Assembly (NCBI GenBank): GCA_963666345.1
Contig: OY762721.1
Coordinates: 1,344,001 to 1,408,000, forward strand
Direction: 5' to 3'
DNA: 64,000 nt
Source of the DNA: Desulfatiglandales bacterium
Lineage (GTDB): Bacteria; Desulfobacterota; DSM-4660; Desulfatiglandales; Desulfatiglandaceae
Shown: positions 16,869 through 28,306 of the stretch, piece by piece
Numbering within the stretch: the first letter of the stretch is position 1
Layout of the letters: every line of letters starts with the position of its first letter
The notes under the pieces: generated by a model
Told to the model about the DNA's origin: nothing
The model's input: the letters and a program-made list of their open reading frames with translations, nothing else
The model's database searches: none
Program-made: the position numbers and the translations under genes

Positions 16869-18380
16869 TTAAACCCTTACTTTTTCGATTTCTTTGATAT
16901 CTTCTTTCATATCTTGGGCGATTTCCTCATAACCCGGCTTTCCGATCATGGCGAACATCGCCTTCTTGTACGCCTCAACCCCCGGCTGTACGAACGGATT
17001 GTGCCCCATCAGATACCCGCTTATTGCAACGGATCTTTCCATCATGTAATAGAGCTGGCCCAGGTTGAAGGCGTTTCTTCGCGGGATCTCAATCGTAATG
17101 TTTGGAACGCCCCCCTTGTAATGGGCGTAGGCAGGCCCTTTGATCACCTTTCGGTTCAAAAAATTCATGTCGATCCCCTTTTCAGGCAGAAAATTGAGCC
17201 CGTCAAGGTCATCTGCTGTTGCCGGAATATCGATCCCGTTTTCATGTTCCTTAAGATAAAGAAAGGTCTCAAATATATTCCTTTCCCCGTCCTGTACCAT
17301 CTGACCGTTTGCGTGAAGTTTCTCTGAGTAAAGTGCGGGCGCGACCCACATGCCGTGACCCTCGTGGCCCTCACTTTCCGGAAAAAGCTGCTCCATCCAG
17401 CGCGCGACCGGGTACAGGTGAACCGAGTTTGTGGCAACCACCTCTATCTTTTTTCCCTTTGTCCATGCCGCGTGACGGGCCGCCGCGTGCACAAGGCAGG
17501 GGTTTTTCCAGAAATCGTCATTAAGCGCGATCTCCCTCATACGGGCAAAGCCTGCAATAAACTCCTCTATGTCGATATTTGCCATGGCAAGCCCCACAAG
17601 GCCCACATCGCTTAATACGGAAAAGCGTCCCCCTATATCGTCAGGCACCACGAACGTGCGGTATCCCTTCTTACCGGCCAGGCTCCTTAAGGCGCCCTTT
17701 TCTTTGTCGGTCGTGACAAGGATCAGATCTTGAGCCTTGTCAGGCCAGCTTTCCTCCAACAACTTTTCAATGATCCTGAAGGCGACCGCGGTCTCTGTTG
17801 TTGTGCCTGATTTTGAGATCACGTTTACTGCCACCCTTTTTTCCTCGAGCATGTCGAGCGTGTCCCTGAAACAGTCGGGATCGAGGTTGTTTCCGAGAAA
17901 ATAGATCTCAGGCGCGCCACCCCGCTCATCCCTAGAAAGCCGGTTGAAAAAGGTGTGCGTCAAGGCCCTGAAGGTTGCTTCGATACCCAGGTATGAGCCT
18001 CCTATCCCCAAAGAGACGAATGCGTCCGTCTCCCGGCCAAGCTCCTTTGTGACTGAGATAATCTCTTTTATGTGCTCCACCGGGATTGTGACAGGCAGAT
18101 CAAGCCAGCCTGTCATCGGGATACCGTTGTCAAAGATATCGCCCTGGTTGTCTTTGAGCATCCGGTCGGCCTTCATGATTTCAGGGATCAGCGCCTCAAG
18201 ATCGCCTTTTTTGATCGCACCTTTGCCCGGGGAGTCGAACAGGTAGGTGGCGTCAAGCACAATCCGGTTCGCGTTCAGAAAGGATTTTGATCCGTAAGGG
18301 TTGTTTTCACCTTCACCCCTTTTGATCCGGCGCCTTACGGTCCTGTTTTGCTCCATGCCGGTCAGTTCCAGTCCCTTCAT
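16869..18380 (-). CDS. pgi: Glucose-6-phosphate isomerase
   Basis: GIGGSYLG, SKSGTTTET, IGGRFSV, QPGVEAYK. Start reset to ATG 18380 (GGAGAG RBS). Confidence 0.9.
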   Translation of the reverse strand: MKGLELTGMEQNRTVRRRIKRGEGENNPYGSKSFLNANRIVLDATYLFDSPGKGAIKKGDLEALIPEIMKADRMLKDNQGDIFDNGIPMTGWLDLPVTIPVEHIKEIISVTKELGRETDAFVSLGIGGSYLGIEATFRALTHTFFNRLSRDERGGAPEIYFLGNNLDPDCFRDTLDMLEEKRVAVNVISKSGTTTETAVAFRIIEKLLEESWPDKAQDLILVTTDKEKGALRSLAGKKGYRTFVVPDDIGGRFSVLSDVGLVGLAMANIDIEEFIAGFARMREIALNDDFWKNPCLVHAAARHAAWTKGKKIEVVATNSVHLYPVARWMEQLFPESEGHEGHGMWVAPALYSEKLHANGQMVQDGERNIFETFLYLKEHENGIDIPATADDLDGLNFLPEKGIDMNFLNRKVIKGPAYAHYKGGVPNITIEIPRRNAFNLGQLYYMMERSVAISGYLMGHNPFVQPGVEAYKKAMFAMIGKPGYEEIAQDMKEDIKEIEKVRV

Positions 18381-18476
18381 TTCTCTCTCCTTTTTTGCCG
18401 TCAAAATCTTGTGGACATATAGCCGGCCCTGTGGGAAAAAGTAGACAAATCCGATCAATAAGATCTGCCGAGGTAT

Positions 18477-19145
18477 GTGTTGGGCCAGCTTAAGACCTTT
18501 TACAGAGAATATGAAACAGATACCACAGATGTGGCGGTAAGGGAAAGACCTTTCAAGATCCTTGTGCCCAAGACGATCGACAGGTTCATCAATCCGGACA
18601 ACTTTATGAAGGGCTTCCCTCTCTGGGCAAAGGTGTGGCAGGCCTCGATGATACTGGCCGATTACATGGCGGGCCTTGAGCCTGACCCGGACAAAACATT
18701 CCTTGAGATAGGAGCAGGCCTCGGGCTTGTGGGAATTGTCGCGGCCTCTTTCGGTCACAGGGTAACCATGACCGAGTACAACAAAGACGCGCTCAAGTTC
18801 GCAAAGGCCAACAAGGAGCTTAACATGACCGATAACAAGGCGAACCTTGAGATAAGAAAGCTTGACTGGACAAGGCCCAAGCTCAAGGGCTCATTTGACT
18901 ATATTATCGGATCGGAGGTGGCATACAAGGAAGGCAACGCTTCTCATCTGTTAGATCTGTTCAGGAAATACCTTAAGCCGGAAGGTGAGATCATACTCGC
19001 CGAAGGGGTAAGAAAGACAAGCGTTGATTTTTTCAGACAGATGTCGGAGCACTTTGACATGAAGGCACAGAAGAAGGTCCTGCGCTCAAAGGATGAGGAA
19101 ACTAGAGCGATATTCTGCACGATGTCCTGGAAAGCCTCTCGGTAA
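18477..19145 (+). CDS. METTL21/PrmA-like SAM methyltransferase
   Basis: PLWAKVW, LEIGAGLG, LDW, IGSEVAY. Confidence 0.85.
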   Translation: MLGQLKTFYREYETDTTDVAVRERPFKILVPKTIDRFINPDNFMKGFPLWAKVWQASMILADYMAGLEPDPDKTFLEIGAGLGLVGIVAASFGHRVTMTEYNKDALKFAKANKELNMTDNKANLEIRKLDWTRPKLKGSFDYIIGSEVAYKEGNASHLLDLFRKYLKPEGEIILAEGVRKTSVDFFRQMSEHFDMKAQKKVLRSKDEETRAIFCTMSWKASR

Positions 19146-20463
19146 ATATCTCCTTTATCTCCTCGAGTCTCTTTTTATCGGTTGCCTCAAAGCGAAGCAC
19201 AAGCACGGGCTGGGTGTTTGAGGCCCTGATCAGTCCCCAGCCCCCGTCAAAGATGACCCTTGCCCCGTCCACATCGATCACGGGATAGTCCTTTTTGAAG
19301 TCGCGCGCGATCTCTTTGACTACATCGAATTTTTCGTCATCAGGGCACTCGACCCTTATTTCAGGGGTATTTACCATTTGAGGGATACCGCTCAGCAGCT
19401 TACTTACCTTCACACCGCTGCCCGAGATTATCTCAAGGAGCCTTGCACCCGCGTAAAAGGCGTCGTCATATCCGAGGTAGCGTTCTTTGAAAAAGAGGTG
19501 CCCGCTCATCTCGCCTGCCAGAAGGGCCCCTTCTTCCTTCATCTTGCTCTTTATAAGGGAGTGGCCGGCCTTCCACATTATGGCCTTTCCCCCATGTCTT
19601 TCTATATCGTCGTATAGCACCTGGGAGCACTTTACCTCCCCGATTATCTTTGCGCCCGGATGCCTTTTAAGGAGATCTCTTGCAAATATTATCATAAGCT
19701 GATCCCCCCAGATAATGTTTCCTTCCCCGTCCACCACGCCCAGCCTGTCCGCGTCCCCGTCAAAGGCAAGGCCTAAAAGCGCGGATTCGCTCTTCACCCT
19801 TTTTATCATCTCAGCCAGATTTTGAGGCACGGTCGGGTCGGGGTGATGATTCGGGAACCTCCCGTCAGGCTCGCAGAACATAGGGATCACCTCAAAGCCG
19901 AGCCTCTTGTAAAGTTCGCAGGCCACAGGACCGCCCGCGCCGTTTCCCGCATCAACCACTATTCTTCCCGTAAAAGGGCCTGTGGAGATGTTTTCTTCGA
20001 CATAATCGAGATACGCGGCATCTATTTGAAACTCCTCGATACTACCCTCGCCTCTTATGAAATCACCCTTCTCTATGATTTCTCTTACCGCCTGGATCTC
20101 ATCTCCGTGGATGGAGTGCTCCCCCACGCAGATTTTGAATCCGTTGAACTCGGGCGGATTATGGCTGCCCGTTATCTGAACTCCCCCGTCAAGCTTGAGA
20201 CGGCATATGGAAAAATAGAGAAGCGGGGTGGGAACCATGCCCAGATCGACTATCTCAAGTCCCGTCTCAAGCAGGCCCTGAGTCAGATAATCACGAAGCG
20301 CAGGTGAGCTCAGCCTGCAGTCCCTTCCTACGGACACTTTCCTTACATTGTTATTTCCGTAATATGTGCCGATCCCGAGGCCGAGCCTGTAAACGGTTTC
20401 CTCGCTCAACTTATCCGGCACCGTACCCCTGATATCATATTCCCTGAAAATACCCGCATCCAT
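19102..20463 (-). CDS. Phosphomannomutase/phosphoglucomutase
   Basis: FREYDIRG, TGSHNP, DGDADR, GEMSGH, RASNT. Confidence 0.95.
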   Translation of the reverse strand: MDAGIFREYDIRGTVPDKLSEETVYRLGLGIGTYYGNNNVRKVSVGRDCRLSSPALRDYLTQGLLETGLEIVDLGMVPTPLLYFSICRLKLDGGVQITGSHNPPEFNGFKICVGEHSIHGDEIQAVREIIEKGDFIRGEGSIEEFQIDAAYLDYVEENISTGPFTGRIVVDAGNGAGGPVACELYKRLGFEVIPMFCEPDGRFPNHHPDPTVPQNLAEMIKRVKSESALLGLAFDGDADRLGVVDGEGNIIWGDQLMIIFARDLLKRHPGAKIIGEVKCSQVLYDDIERHGGKAIMWKAGHSLIKSKMKEEGALLAGEMSGHLFFKERYLGYDDAFYAGARLLEIISGSGVKVSKLLSGIPQMVNTPEIRVECPDDEKFDVVKEIARDFKKDYPVIDVDGARVIFDGGWGLIRASNTQPVLVLRFEATDKKRLEEIKEIFTERLSRTSCRISL

Positions 20464-20493
20464 ATCAAGTTCCCTTTTGGCCGCCTTCAGGCA

Positions 20494-21684
20494 TCAGCTC
20501 CTGTAGTCCGCGTTGATGGTGATATAGTCGTGAGTCAGATCGCATGTGTATATCCGGTCCTGAAATTCGCCCTTTTTAAGATCTATCCTGAGTACGAAAT
20601 CGTTTTTTTTCATCCTCCCGGATGCCTCTTTTTCCGCATCACCACCTTCTGCAAGCCCACCCTTGACGATACGGACCTCATCTATAAAGATATCCACATC
20701 TCTTTCATCAAAGACTATGTCGGACCTTCCAAGTGCCGCCATTATCCTTCCCCAGTTCGGGTCTCTTCCGCACACGGCCGTCTTTACAAGGCATGAATTG
20801 GCCACCACCCTTGCCGCCCTTTCGGCCTCGGATGCGCTGGCCGCGTTTGTCACATTCACCTGAAAGGTGCAGGAGGCCCCTTCCCCGTCTCTTACTATCA
20901 TGCGGGCCAGGTCCTCCATCACCCTTTCAAGCCCCTTTGAAAAGGCCGCGTAATCGGCCTCAGACAGGGTTTCGTTTCCCGCCTCCCCGTTTGCCAGCAC
21001 TATGACCATATCGTTTGTGCTGGTGTCGCCGTCAACGGTTATCCGGTTGAATGTGGTTTGAACCGAGGACTTGAGCGCCCTGTCCAACCGGTCATGATCT
21101 ATTGCCAGATCGGTCAGAATAAAGCTGAGCATGGTGGCCATGTTGGGCATTATCATGCCCGCGCCCTTTGCCATGCCCCGGATAAGGTAGGTTTTTCCTT
21201 CCGCCTCACCCAGATACATGCTCTCCTTTGGAAAGGAATCGGTCGTCATAAGGGCCTTTGCAACTTCCGGAAACCCATCAGGTGAAAGCGAAGACGCAAG
21301 ACCTGGTATGGCCTTTTTTAAAAGCTCCATCCTCAGCGGCTCTCCTATGACGCCTGTTGAGGCGACAAGCACCTCGTCTTCGGATATCTTGAGGCTCTCG
21401 GCCGCAAGCCTTGCGCACTCGCGCGCGTCCGCCATGCCCCGCTCCCCTGTGCAGGCGTTGGCGTTTCCCGCGTTGGCAAGTATTGCACGAACCTTTCCGT
21501 CCCGGATGTTTTCCTGCGACACCAGGACAGGCGCCGCCTTTACCCTGTTTGTGGTAAAGGCGGCAGCTGCCACAGCCTCATGTTCTGAAAAGATCATCGC
21601 CAGATCGGTTTTCCCGTCCTTTTTGAGTCCCGAGGCGACTGCCCCCGCCTTAAAGCCCCGGACCTTCATATTGTCTAAGCCCAT
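20494..21684 (-). CDS. argJ: Glutamate N-acetyltransferase / amino-acid acetyltransferase
   Basis: [28 protein letters not shown]. Confidence 0.96.
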   Translation of the reverse strand: MGLDNMKVRGFKAGAVASGLKKDGKTDLAMIFSEHEAVAAAAFTTNRVKAAPVLVSQENIRDGKVRAILANAGNANACTGERGMADARECARLAAESLKISEDEVLVASTGVIGEPLRMELLKKAIPGLASSLSPDGFPEVAKALMTTDSFPKESMYLGEAEGKTYLIRGMAKGAGMIMPNMATMLSFILTDLAIDHDRLDRALKSSVQTTFNRITVDGDTSTNDMVIVLANGEAGNETLSEADYAAFSKGLERVMEDLARMIVRDGEGASCTFQVNVTNAASASEAERAARVVANSCLVKTAVCGRDPNWGRIMAALGRSDIVFDERDVDIFIDEVRIVKGGLAEGGDAEKEASGRMKKNDFVLRIDLKKGEFQDRIYTCDLTHDYITINADYRS

Positions 21685-21723
21685 CTAAATGTCCCTTTTT
21701 GGTATTATTATTTTCAACCATCT

Positions 21724-24585
21724 CTAGGCATTTCTGCCGCAACATTTCTTATACTTTTTGCCGCTGCCGCAGGGGCAGGGGTCGTTTCTGCCTATCTTCT
21801 TGCCTTCCCGCTTCACGGTAACCGGCCTTGCACCCTCGTCGCCATGGCTCATCCTGAGCTGTCTTTTTTTCTTTTCCTTTTCCTCGTCAGGAGGTCTTTT
21901 CATCATCTGCACCCTGAAGACCGTGCCGAGTGTCTCCTCCCTTATCCTGTCCATCAGTTCCCCGAACAGCGAAAAACCCTCTTTCTGATATTCCTTCAGG
22001 GGATCAAGCTGGCCGTAGCCCCTCAGGCCGATGCCGCCTTTCATATGCTCCATGTCCTGAAGGTGATTGACCCACTGGCTGTCGATGATCTGCAATATAA
22101 TGAAGCGCTCTATCTGAGCCAGATCTTCCCTGCCGAACATCTTCTCCTTTTCCTTGTAGGCCGCATGGGTCTGATCCTTGATCATTTCACCCAGCTCTTC
22201 CGGCTTTAACTGCGAAAAGGCATCATCTCCCAGGTCTTCCGGCCCTATCCTGGCAATGAAGCCGAAGAGCCTGAGCAGGTTGTCTTTCAGGCCTTGGATA
22301 TCCCAGTCCTCCGGATACGCATTCGGGTCTATCCATTTTTCGATCAGGGTCTCGACCTTTTCCTCGATCATCTCCTTGAGGATATCGCCTATCCCCTCTC
22401 CGTCCAGGATATCCCTTCTGAGGGTGTAGATAATCTCCCTGTGTTTGTTCATCACGTCGTCATATTCAAGGAGATGCTTTCTTATATCAAAATTGTGGCC
22501 CTCCACCTTTCTCTGCGCGTTTTCAATGGCCCTTGATATGAGATTGTGCTCGATCGGCTCACCCTCTTCCATCCCGAGCCGCTCCATGATGCTCGATATG
22601 CGGTCCGAGCCGAAGATTCGAAGCAGGTCGTCTTCAAGAGAGAGATAAAAGCGGGATGACCCGGGGTCTCCCTGTCTTCCGGCCCGGCCCCTCAGCTGGT
22701 TGTCCACGCGCCTGCTCTCATGCCTTTCGGTTCCCAGTATGTGAAGCCCTCCAAGGTCCACTACCCCGTCACCCAGGACTATGTCGGTTCCACGGCCCGC
22801 CATGTTGGTTGAAATGGTTACCGTGCTTTTCTGTCCAGCATTGGCAATTATCTCCGCCTCTCTTTCATGATGCTTGGCATTTAACACGGAATGGGGCACG
22901 CCCGCCCTCTTGAGCATCTTACTCAGCATCTCCGATTTTTCCACGGAGATGGTTCCGACCAGGACCGGCTGACCCTTTTCATACAGCCCCCTGATTTCAT
23001 CCACCGCGGCCTGAAATTTCTCTCTTTCCGTCTTGTAGATCATGTCGGGGTTGTCGATCCGGACCATATTCTTGTTGGTCGGCACTACCACCACGTCCAG
23101 TTTGTAGATGTCCTTGAATTCCCCAGCCTCGGTGTCCGCGGTGCCGGTCATGCCGGCAAGTTTCTCATACATCCTGAAAAAATTCTGAAAGGTAACGGTC
23201 GCAAGGGTCTGGTTTTCACCCGCCACACTGACCCCTTCCTTGGCCTCAACCGCCTGGTGAAGCCCGTCGCTCCACCTTCGGCCGACCATCATCCGGCCGG
23301 TGAATTCATCCACAATGACGATCTGCCCGTCCTTTATGACATAATGGACATCCTTTTCAAAAAGCCAGTATGCCTTTATGAGCTGCTGGGTGGAGTGAAG
23401 GAGTTCGGAGGAATTCATGTAGCCGTCCTCCAGTTCCTTCATTTTCGCGGCCTTTTCCTCATCAGACAGCGACTCGTCTTCTCTTATGTTGTGGGCCTGT
23501 TCATCCATGTCGGGAAGCGTGAAGTTGCCCAGGCCCCCGCCGGTCAGAAGCTCTATCCCCTTTTCCGTAAGCTCGACCGCGTTGCTTCTCTCATCAATGG
23601 TGCAGAAGAGGATTTCATCCAGCTCCGGCAGCATCTTCTGCGAGCTGAGCATGCTCTCAAGCCTGTCGATCTGCTTTTTCAGGGCCTGATTCTTTGAAAG
23701 TATATCCAGGAATACCGGGTTCTTGGGGTCGCCTCTTTTTACCTGAAGAAGCCTTTCTATTACCTCGTCACCCGGCTCCTCGCTGTCCAGTCCGGCGCGC
23801 ACCTCCTTGAGCAGAGAGCCAACCACACCGCTCTGCTTATTGCGCAGATTGATAACCAGCGGCTTGACCTGTTCATAGATCTTGTTCTCACTGTGCTCCA
23901 CCGGACCGCTTATTATGAGAGGGGTCCGGGCCTCATCGATCAGGATGCTGTCCACCTCATCGACTATGGCGAAGTGAAAATCTCTCTGCACATAGTCTTT
24001 CAGGTCGAATTTCATATTATCCCTGAGATAGTCGAAACCGAACTCATTGTTCGTGCCGTAGGTGATATCGCAGTCATAGGCCGCTTTTCGCTGCGGGTCA
24101 TCCAACCCGTGCACTATCACGCCGACCGACAGGCCCAGCATATTGTAGATGCCCGACATCCACTCGGCATCACGTTTTGCCAGATAATCGTTTACCGTAA
24201 CGAGATGGGCGCCTTTACCGGTAAGGGCATTGAGGTACAAGGGAAGCGTCGCGGCCAGGGTCTTTCCCTCACCGGTCTTCATTTCAGCAATCTTTCCATT
24301 GTGAAGCACCAACCCGCCTATGAGCTGGACATCAAAATGCCTCATGCCGAGAGATCTTACCGATGCCTCCCTGACCAGGGCAAAGGCCTCCGGCAGGATG
24401 TCATCCACGGTCTCCCCTTGAGACAGCCGCCCCTTGAATTCGTCGGTCCTGGCCCTTAACTGCTCATCAGACAGGGCCTTGAATTGAGGCTCAAGCTCGT
24501 TTATTCGATCAACGACGGGGGCCATCAGCTTGAGCTCCCTTTCGTTCTTGCTCCCGAAAATACCCTTTAATATTTTCCCAATCAT
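21724..24585 (-). CDS. secA: Preprotein translocase ATPase SecA
   Basis: [28 protein letters not shown]-terminal SEC-C motif. Confidence 0.98.
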   Translation of the reverse strand: MIGKILKGIFGSKNERELKLMAPVVDRINELEPQFKALSDEQLRARTDEFKGRLSQGETVDDILPEAFALVREASVRSLGMRHFDVQLIGGLVLHNGKIAEMKTGEGKTLAATLPLYLNALTGKGAHLVTVNDYLAKRDAEWMSGIYNMLGLSVGVIVHGLDDPQRKAAYDCDITYGTNNEFGFDYLRDNMKFDLKDYVQRDFHFAIVDEVDSILIDEARTPLIISGPVEHSENKIYEQVKPLVINLRNKQSGVVGSLLKEVRAGLDSEEPGDEVIERLLQVKRGDPKNPVFLDILSKNQALKKQIDRLESMLSSQKMLPELDEILFCTIDERSNAVELTEKGIELLTGGGLGNFTLPDMDEQAHNIREDESLSDEEKAAKMKELEDGYMNSSELLHSTQQLIKAYWLFEKDVHYVIKDGQIVIVDEFTGRMMVGRRWSDGLHQAVEAKEGVSVAGENQTLATVTFQNFFRMYEKLAGMTGTADTEAGEFKDIYKLDVVVVPTNKNMVRIDNPDMIYKTEREKFQAAVDEIRGLYEKGQPVLVGTISVEKSEMLSKMLKRAGVPHSVLNAKHHEREAEIIANAGQKSTVTISTNMAGRGTDIVLGDGVVDLGGLHILGTERHESRRVDNQLRGRAGRQGDPGSSRFYLSLEDDLLRIFGSDRISSIMERLGMEEGEPIEHNLISRAIENAQRKVEGHNFDIRKHLLEYDDVMNKHREIIYTLRRDILDGEGIGDILKEMIEEKVETLIEKWIDPNAYPEDWDIQGLKDNLLRLFGFIARIGPEDLGDDAFSQLKPEELGEMIKDQTHAAYKEKEKMFGREDLAQIERFIILQIIDSQWVNHLQDMEHMKGGIGLRGYGQLDPLKEYQKEGFSLFGELMDRIREETLGTVFRVQMMKRPPDEEKEKKKRQLRMSHGDEGARPVTVKREGKKIGRNDPCPCGSGKKYKKCCGRNA

Positions 24586-24783
24586 TGTGTCCTTCCGATC
24601 ATTTTTTTATATTCATGCACTGCCGGGGTGAGACATATATCCGTAAGATACCTTAAATGCTAATTTACGGCAAAAATCAAGGTCATATATGCATTACGGC
24701 CCTGTTATTTCCGTGCCTTTACGGAAAACCCCGTCGGCTGGGTCCTACTGGCAGGCTTTATTATATTTGGCAATTGATTAGAA

Positions 24784-25752
24784 CTAATTGAGGATATACC
24801 TGAGTGGATCAACCTGCACGTTGTTGAGATGGACCTCGTAATGCAGGTGCGGCCCGGTGGATCGGCCGGTACTACCGACCAGGGCTACGGTTTCACCCCG
24901 CTTTACATGCTGGCCCTTTTTGACCAGGGCCTTTTTGAGGTGCGCATACTTGGTTTTAAGTCCATAGCCATGGGAGATTACGACTACCCTTCCATAACCC
25001 CTGTCACTGCCCACAAAACTGATTATCCCGTCTGCGGGAGATATTATGGGGGCGCCTCTGCGCGTGGAGATGTCAATGCCTTTGTGAAATTCCTTTCGGC
25101 CGGTAAATGGGCTTTTCCTGGGTCCGAACCTGGAACTGAGCCATCCCTTTGTAGGCCATATGGAAGGAGTTGACGCGAGCAGTATCTTCTGGCTCTCCAG
25201 AAATTCAAACAGGTCTTCCTTTGTCTGTTTTCCATGCACGACATTGATTTCAATCTCATCCAGTGCGCCGTGCATCTTGTCAACCACCTCTTGATGGCTT
25301 TCTTTTATCGCGCTCTTGGGATCCATTATAAGCGGATCCGAACCACCGATCCCCTGAAACTGTCCTTCCATGTCCTCTTTTTCAAGGTTTACCATAGTCC
25401 TGAGTCTATGGTCGAAATCATTAAGATCGCCAACCTGCCGGGCAAGGCTGTTTATCCTCTCGGTAAGGTGCGCAATCTGATCCTGCTTGTGCCTGTTTTC
25501 ATCTTCAAGTATCGCCAGCCTGGGGATCCGGCATTTTATATCCCTGTAATCACGGAGAGTACAGAAGAAATAGGAAAAGGAGGCAATCAGGGCCAGGATC
25601 AAGAGCAGCGGCAGGACCCGTGGAAGCCTTATCTGCCTGATCTTTTTCGTGCCTTCAGGAATCAGTATTATTGTGATCTTTTTTGGCGCCAAAGCGACCC
25701 CTTGCTGAGGGTATTGACAACGATTAATAATCCTGGAAAAATTTCTTACCAC
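24784..25752 (-). CDS. M23 family metallopeptidase (start uncertain)
   Basis: TM plus coiled coil, HKGID, TGPHLHYEV. Confidence 0.9.
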   Translation of the reverse strand: MVRNFSRIINRCQYPQQGVALAPKKITIILIPEGTKKIRQIRLPRVLPLLLILALIASFSYFFCTLRDYRDIKCRIPRLAILEDENRHKQDQIAHLTERINSLARQVGDLNDFDHRLRTMVNLEKEDMEGQFQGIGGSDPLIMDPKSAIKESHQEVVDKMHGALDEIEINVVHGKQTKEDLFEFLESQKILLASTPSIWPTKGWLSSRFGPRKSPFTGRKEFHKGIDISTRRGAPIISPADGIISFVGSDRGYGRVVVISHGYGLKTKYAHLKKALVKKGQHVKRGETVALVGSTGRSTGPHLHYEVHLNNVQVDPLRYILN

Positions 25753-25758
25753 AATGAA

Positions 25759-27609
25759 TCACCGGGTGTCAACCCGCTCGATTTTACCCTGACCTGACAG
25801 ATATCCAAGAATTCCTTCAGCCATGCCGCGGCTGATGCCGGGGACCTTGATCAGTTCATCCAGTCCCGCATGGCTGATTGCGTTTATATCCTTGAAATAA
25901 TTAAGCAATAGTCGCTTTCTCTTCCTGCCTATGCCGGGGATACGGTCAAGATCAGACTCGGTCAACTGCTTCCGCATCAGCCTTCTGTGGTAGGAAATCG
26001 CCCTTCTGTGAGCCTCATCCCGTATCCTCATCATGAGGAGAAGCACCGGATGATCAGAGGCAAGCCTTACAGGGTTTTTCCTGCCGGGAAGGAAAATCCT
26101 GTCTGTTGATCCCTCTTTTTCCTTATCAGCCTTTGCAATCGATATCACCTGCGGCGCACGGTCCGCCACGGTATCGAGAACCCTCTTTACAGTGGCAAGG
26201 TGCCCTTTCCCGCCGTCAATCAGGAAAAGGTCGGGAAGAGGGCTCCTTGAAAGCCTTCTTTCCACAAGCTCCTTCATCATGGCATAGTCATTGATGCCCT
26301 CAACGCCCCTTATCCTGTAATTCCTGTATCCCGCCTTATGGGGAAGGCCCTCCACAAAAGAGACCACCGTGCCCACGGCCATGCCGCCGTAGAGGTTCGA
26401 TATATCAAAGCCCTCTATTGTCCTTGGCCTTGATTTCAGCCTCAGTACCGATCCGACAGACTCCGTCAGATCGATCATCTTCTCATCCTCGTGGCCTGCA
26501 AGGACCTCTTCCGCGTTTACAAGGGCCATCTTCACCATGTTGAGTTTTTCGCCCCTAAGGGGCACTGTTATCTCCACCCTTTTTGAGGCCACCCCGCTCA
26601 AATATCCCTTTATGGAATCAAGGTCTTCGATTTTGTCCGACAGAAGTATCTGTCCGGGGATAAATGAATCGACCCTGTAAAACTGCTTGACAAATGCCTC
26701 CAGGACTTCGCCCTTCCCGGCGTCTTCATCCCTGAAAAGAAAGTTCCTGCTCCCCAGGAGCTGGCCCTTGCGCACAAACAATACGACAACCTGGTTTAAT
26801 TGACCTTTTCGCTTGATTCCTATGACATCAAGATCCTCAAGGCGCTTTGAAACGACATGCTGACGCTCCACCACCCTGTCTATCGACCTTATCTGATCCC
26901 TCAGCTGGGCCGCCTTTTCGAAATCCATACGCCTTGAGGCATCTTCCATGTCTTTTTTCAATCCGGCTATGAGTTCCCTGTTCCTGCCTTCAAGAAACAA
27001 CCTCACCCGTGTCACTATACCCCTGTACTGCGGGAAAGGGACATGGTTGGCGCATGGTCCCAGGCAGCGTCCCATCTGGTAATTGAGGCAGGGTCTGGAC
27101 ATCTTCGGGAGCCTGCCCCCTTTGCATTTTCTCAGCTGAAACACCCTGTCCACCAGCTTAACCGTGTTTCTCACGGCATAGGCCGATGAAAACGGTCCGA
27201 AGTAGAGTGATCCGTCCTTTTTGATCTTTCTCACTATGCTCAGTCTGGGATATGGTTCATTTATGCTGAGCCGCAGGCAGGGGTATCTCTTATCGTCCCT
27301 TAAGACGACATTGTAGCGGGGCATATGCCTCTTTATCAGGTTGCTCTCAAGGATGAAGGCCTCCTGCTCGGTGGATGTCACGATAAAATCAAGAGAAGCG
27401 GCCCTTTCAAGCATAATGGAGGTCTTATCCGGAATCTCCGACGCGGATCTGAAATAGGAAAGGACCCTCTTTTTTAGATTTTTGGCCTTTCCCACATATA
27501 TGGGGCGAGCCCCGGGATCCTTGAAAAGATACACCCCGGGAAGATCGGGAAGCTGCCTTCGCAGATGGCCCGGTTCGATCCTCAACCGTCCCTGTACCTC
27601 CGTTTCCAT
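25759..27609 (-). CDS. uvrC: Excinuclease ABC subunit C
   Basis: GIY-YIG (PGVY..YVGKA), UVR domain, RDEAHR, HhH motifs. Confidence 0.97.
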   Translation of the reverse strand: METEVQGRLRIEPGHLRRQLPDLPGVYLFKDPGARPIYVGKAKNLKKRVLSYFRSASEIPDKTSIMLERAASLDFIVTSTEQEAFILESNLIKRHMPRYNVVLRDDKRYPCLRLSINEPYPRLSIVRKIKKDGSLYFGPFSSAYAVRNTVKLVDRVFQLRKCKGGRLPKMSRPCLNYQMGRCLGPCANHVPFPQYRGIVTRVRLFLEGRNRELIAGLKKDMEDASRRMDFEKAAQLRDQIRSIDRVVERQHVVSKRLEDLDVIGIKRKGQLNQVVVLFVRKGQLLGSRNFLFRDEDAGKGEVLEAFVKQFYRVDSFIPGQILLSDKIEDLDSIKGYLSGVASKRVEITVPLRGEKLNMVKMALVNAEEVLAGHEDEKMIDLTESVGSVLRLKSRPRTIEGFDISNLYGGMAVGTVVSFVEGLPHKAGYRNYRIRGVEGINDYAMMKELVERRLSRSPLPDLFLIDGGKGHLATVKRVLDTVADRAPQVISIAKADKEKEGSTDRIFLPGRKNPVRLASDHPVLLLMMRIRDEAHRRAISYHRRLMRKQLTESDLDRIPGIGRKRKRLLLNYFKDINAISHAGLDELIKVPGISRGMAEGILGYLSGQGKIERVDTR

Positions 27610-27613
27610 GTCA

Positions 27614-28207
27614 TCACACCTGCGGCAGAGTCTTGGTCATTATCACCAGGTCGTGGGGATTCCCATCACTGTCAAGGACATAGTCCTCCAGGTTCGCCTC
27701 TTCAGTAAAACCCAGTTTTTGAACCGCCTTTATTATCGAGTCGTCCCTGTCGGAAACGAGCCTCATAACGAGCCTTCCGAGCCCCAGGGACATACCGAGA
27801 TTGACCAGATCCAGGAGCAGCCATGTGGCGAGTCTTTTCCCCCTGAATAAAGGATCAACCGCTATCCTTATCTTTCCTATGTGGCTCCTGGCGCCGTAGC
27901 GTTTCATCATCATGGCGGCATTTGCTATTATTCTTCCTTCCAGAATTGCCACAAGAGATATTATCCTCTTTGGATCCAGATGCCTCAACCATCTGCCTAT
28001 GAGCGCGGGATCGGAAAGGTCGTGATTGAGGAACCACAGATCCTCTTCTGAAAATCTTTTGAACATGGCCGCAAGCGCATCCCTGTCGCCATCATCAAGC
28101 GGCCTTATGGTCACGCCTGTGCCGTCGTTGAGGATGAATTCCTTGGGATACGCGCCGATCGCTTCAAACGTGCTCTCCGATTTTTTCATCTTTCTTTTAT
28201 CCTTCAT
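27614..28207 (-). CDS. GNAT family N-acetyltransferase
   Basis: VDP.FRGK.LA motif A. Confidence 0.85.
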   Translation of the reverse strand: MKDKRKMKKSESTFEAIGAYPKEFILNDGTGVTIRPLDDGDRDALAAMFKRFSEEDLWFLNHDLSDPALIGRWLRHLDPKRIISLVAILEGRIIANAAMMMKRYGARSHIGKIRIAVDPLFRGKRLATWLLLDLVNLGMSLGLGRLVMRLVSDRDDSIIKAVQKLGFTEEANLEDYVLDSDGNPHDLVIMTKTLPQV

Positions 28208-28306
28208 TTTGTGCCATAAAAAGGGAGGCTTGCATCCGGTAAGGGTAAATGATAGTCATTACACCAGTCAAGGCCAATGTCCGAAAGAAAATCGCGGAGC
28301 TTTACC

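Noticed and set aside
18381..18758. N-terminal extension of pgi in the ORF track (629 aa)
   Set aside because: It overlaps the divergent methyltransferase; the RBS supports a start at 18380.
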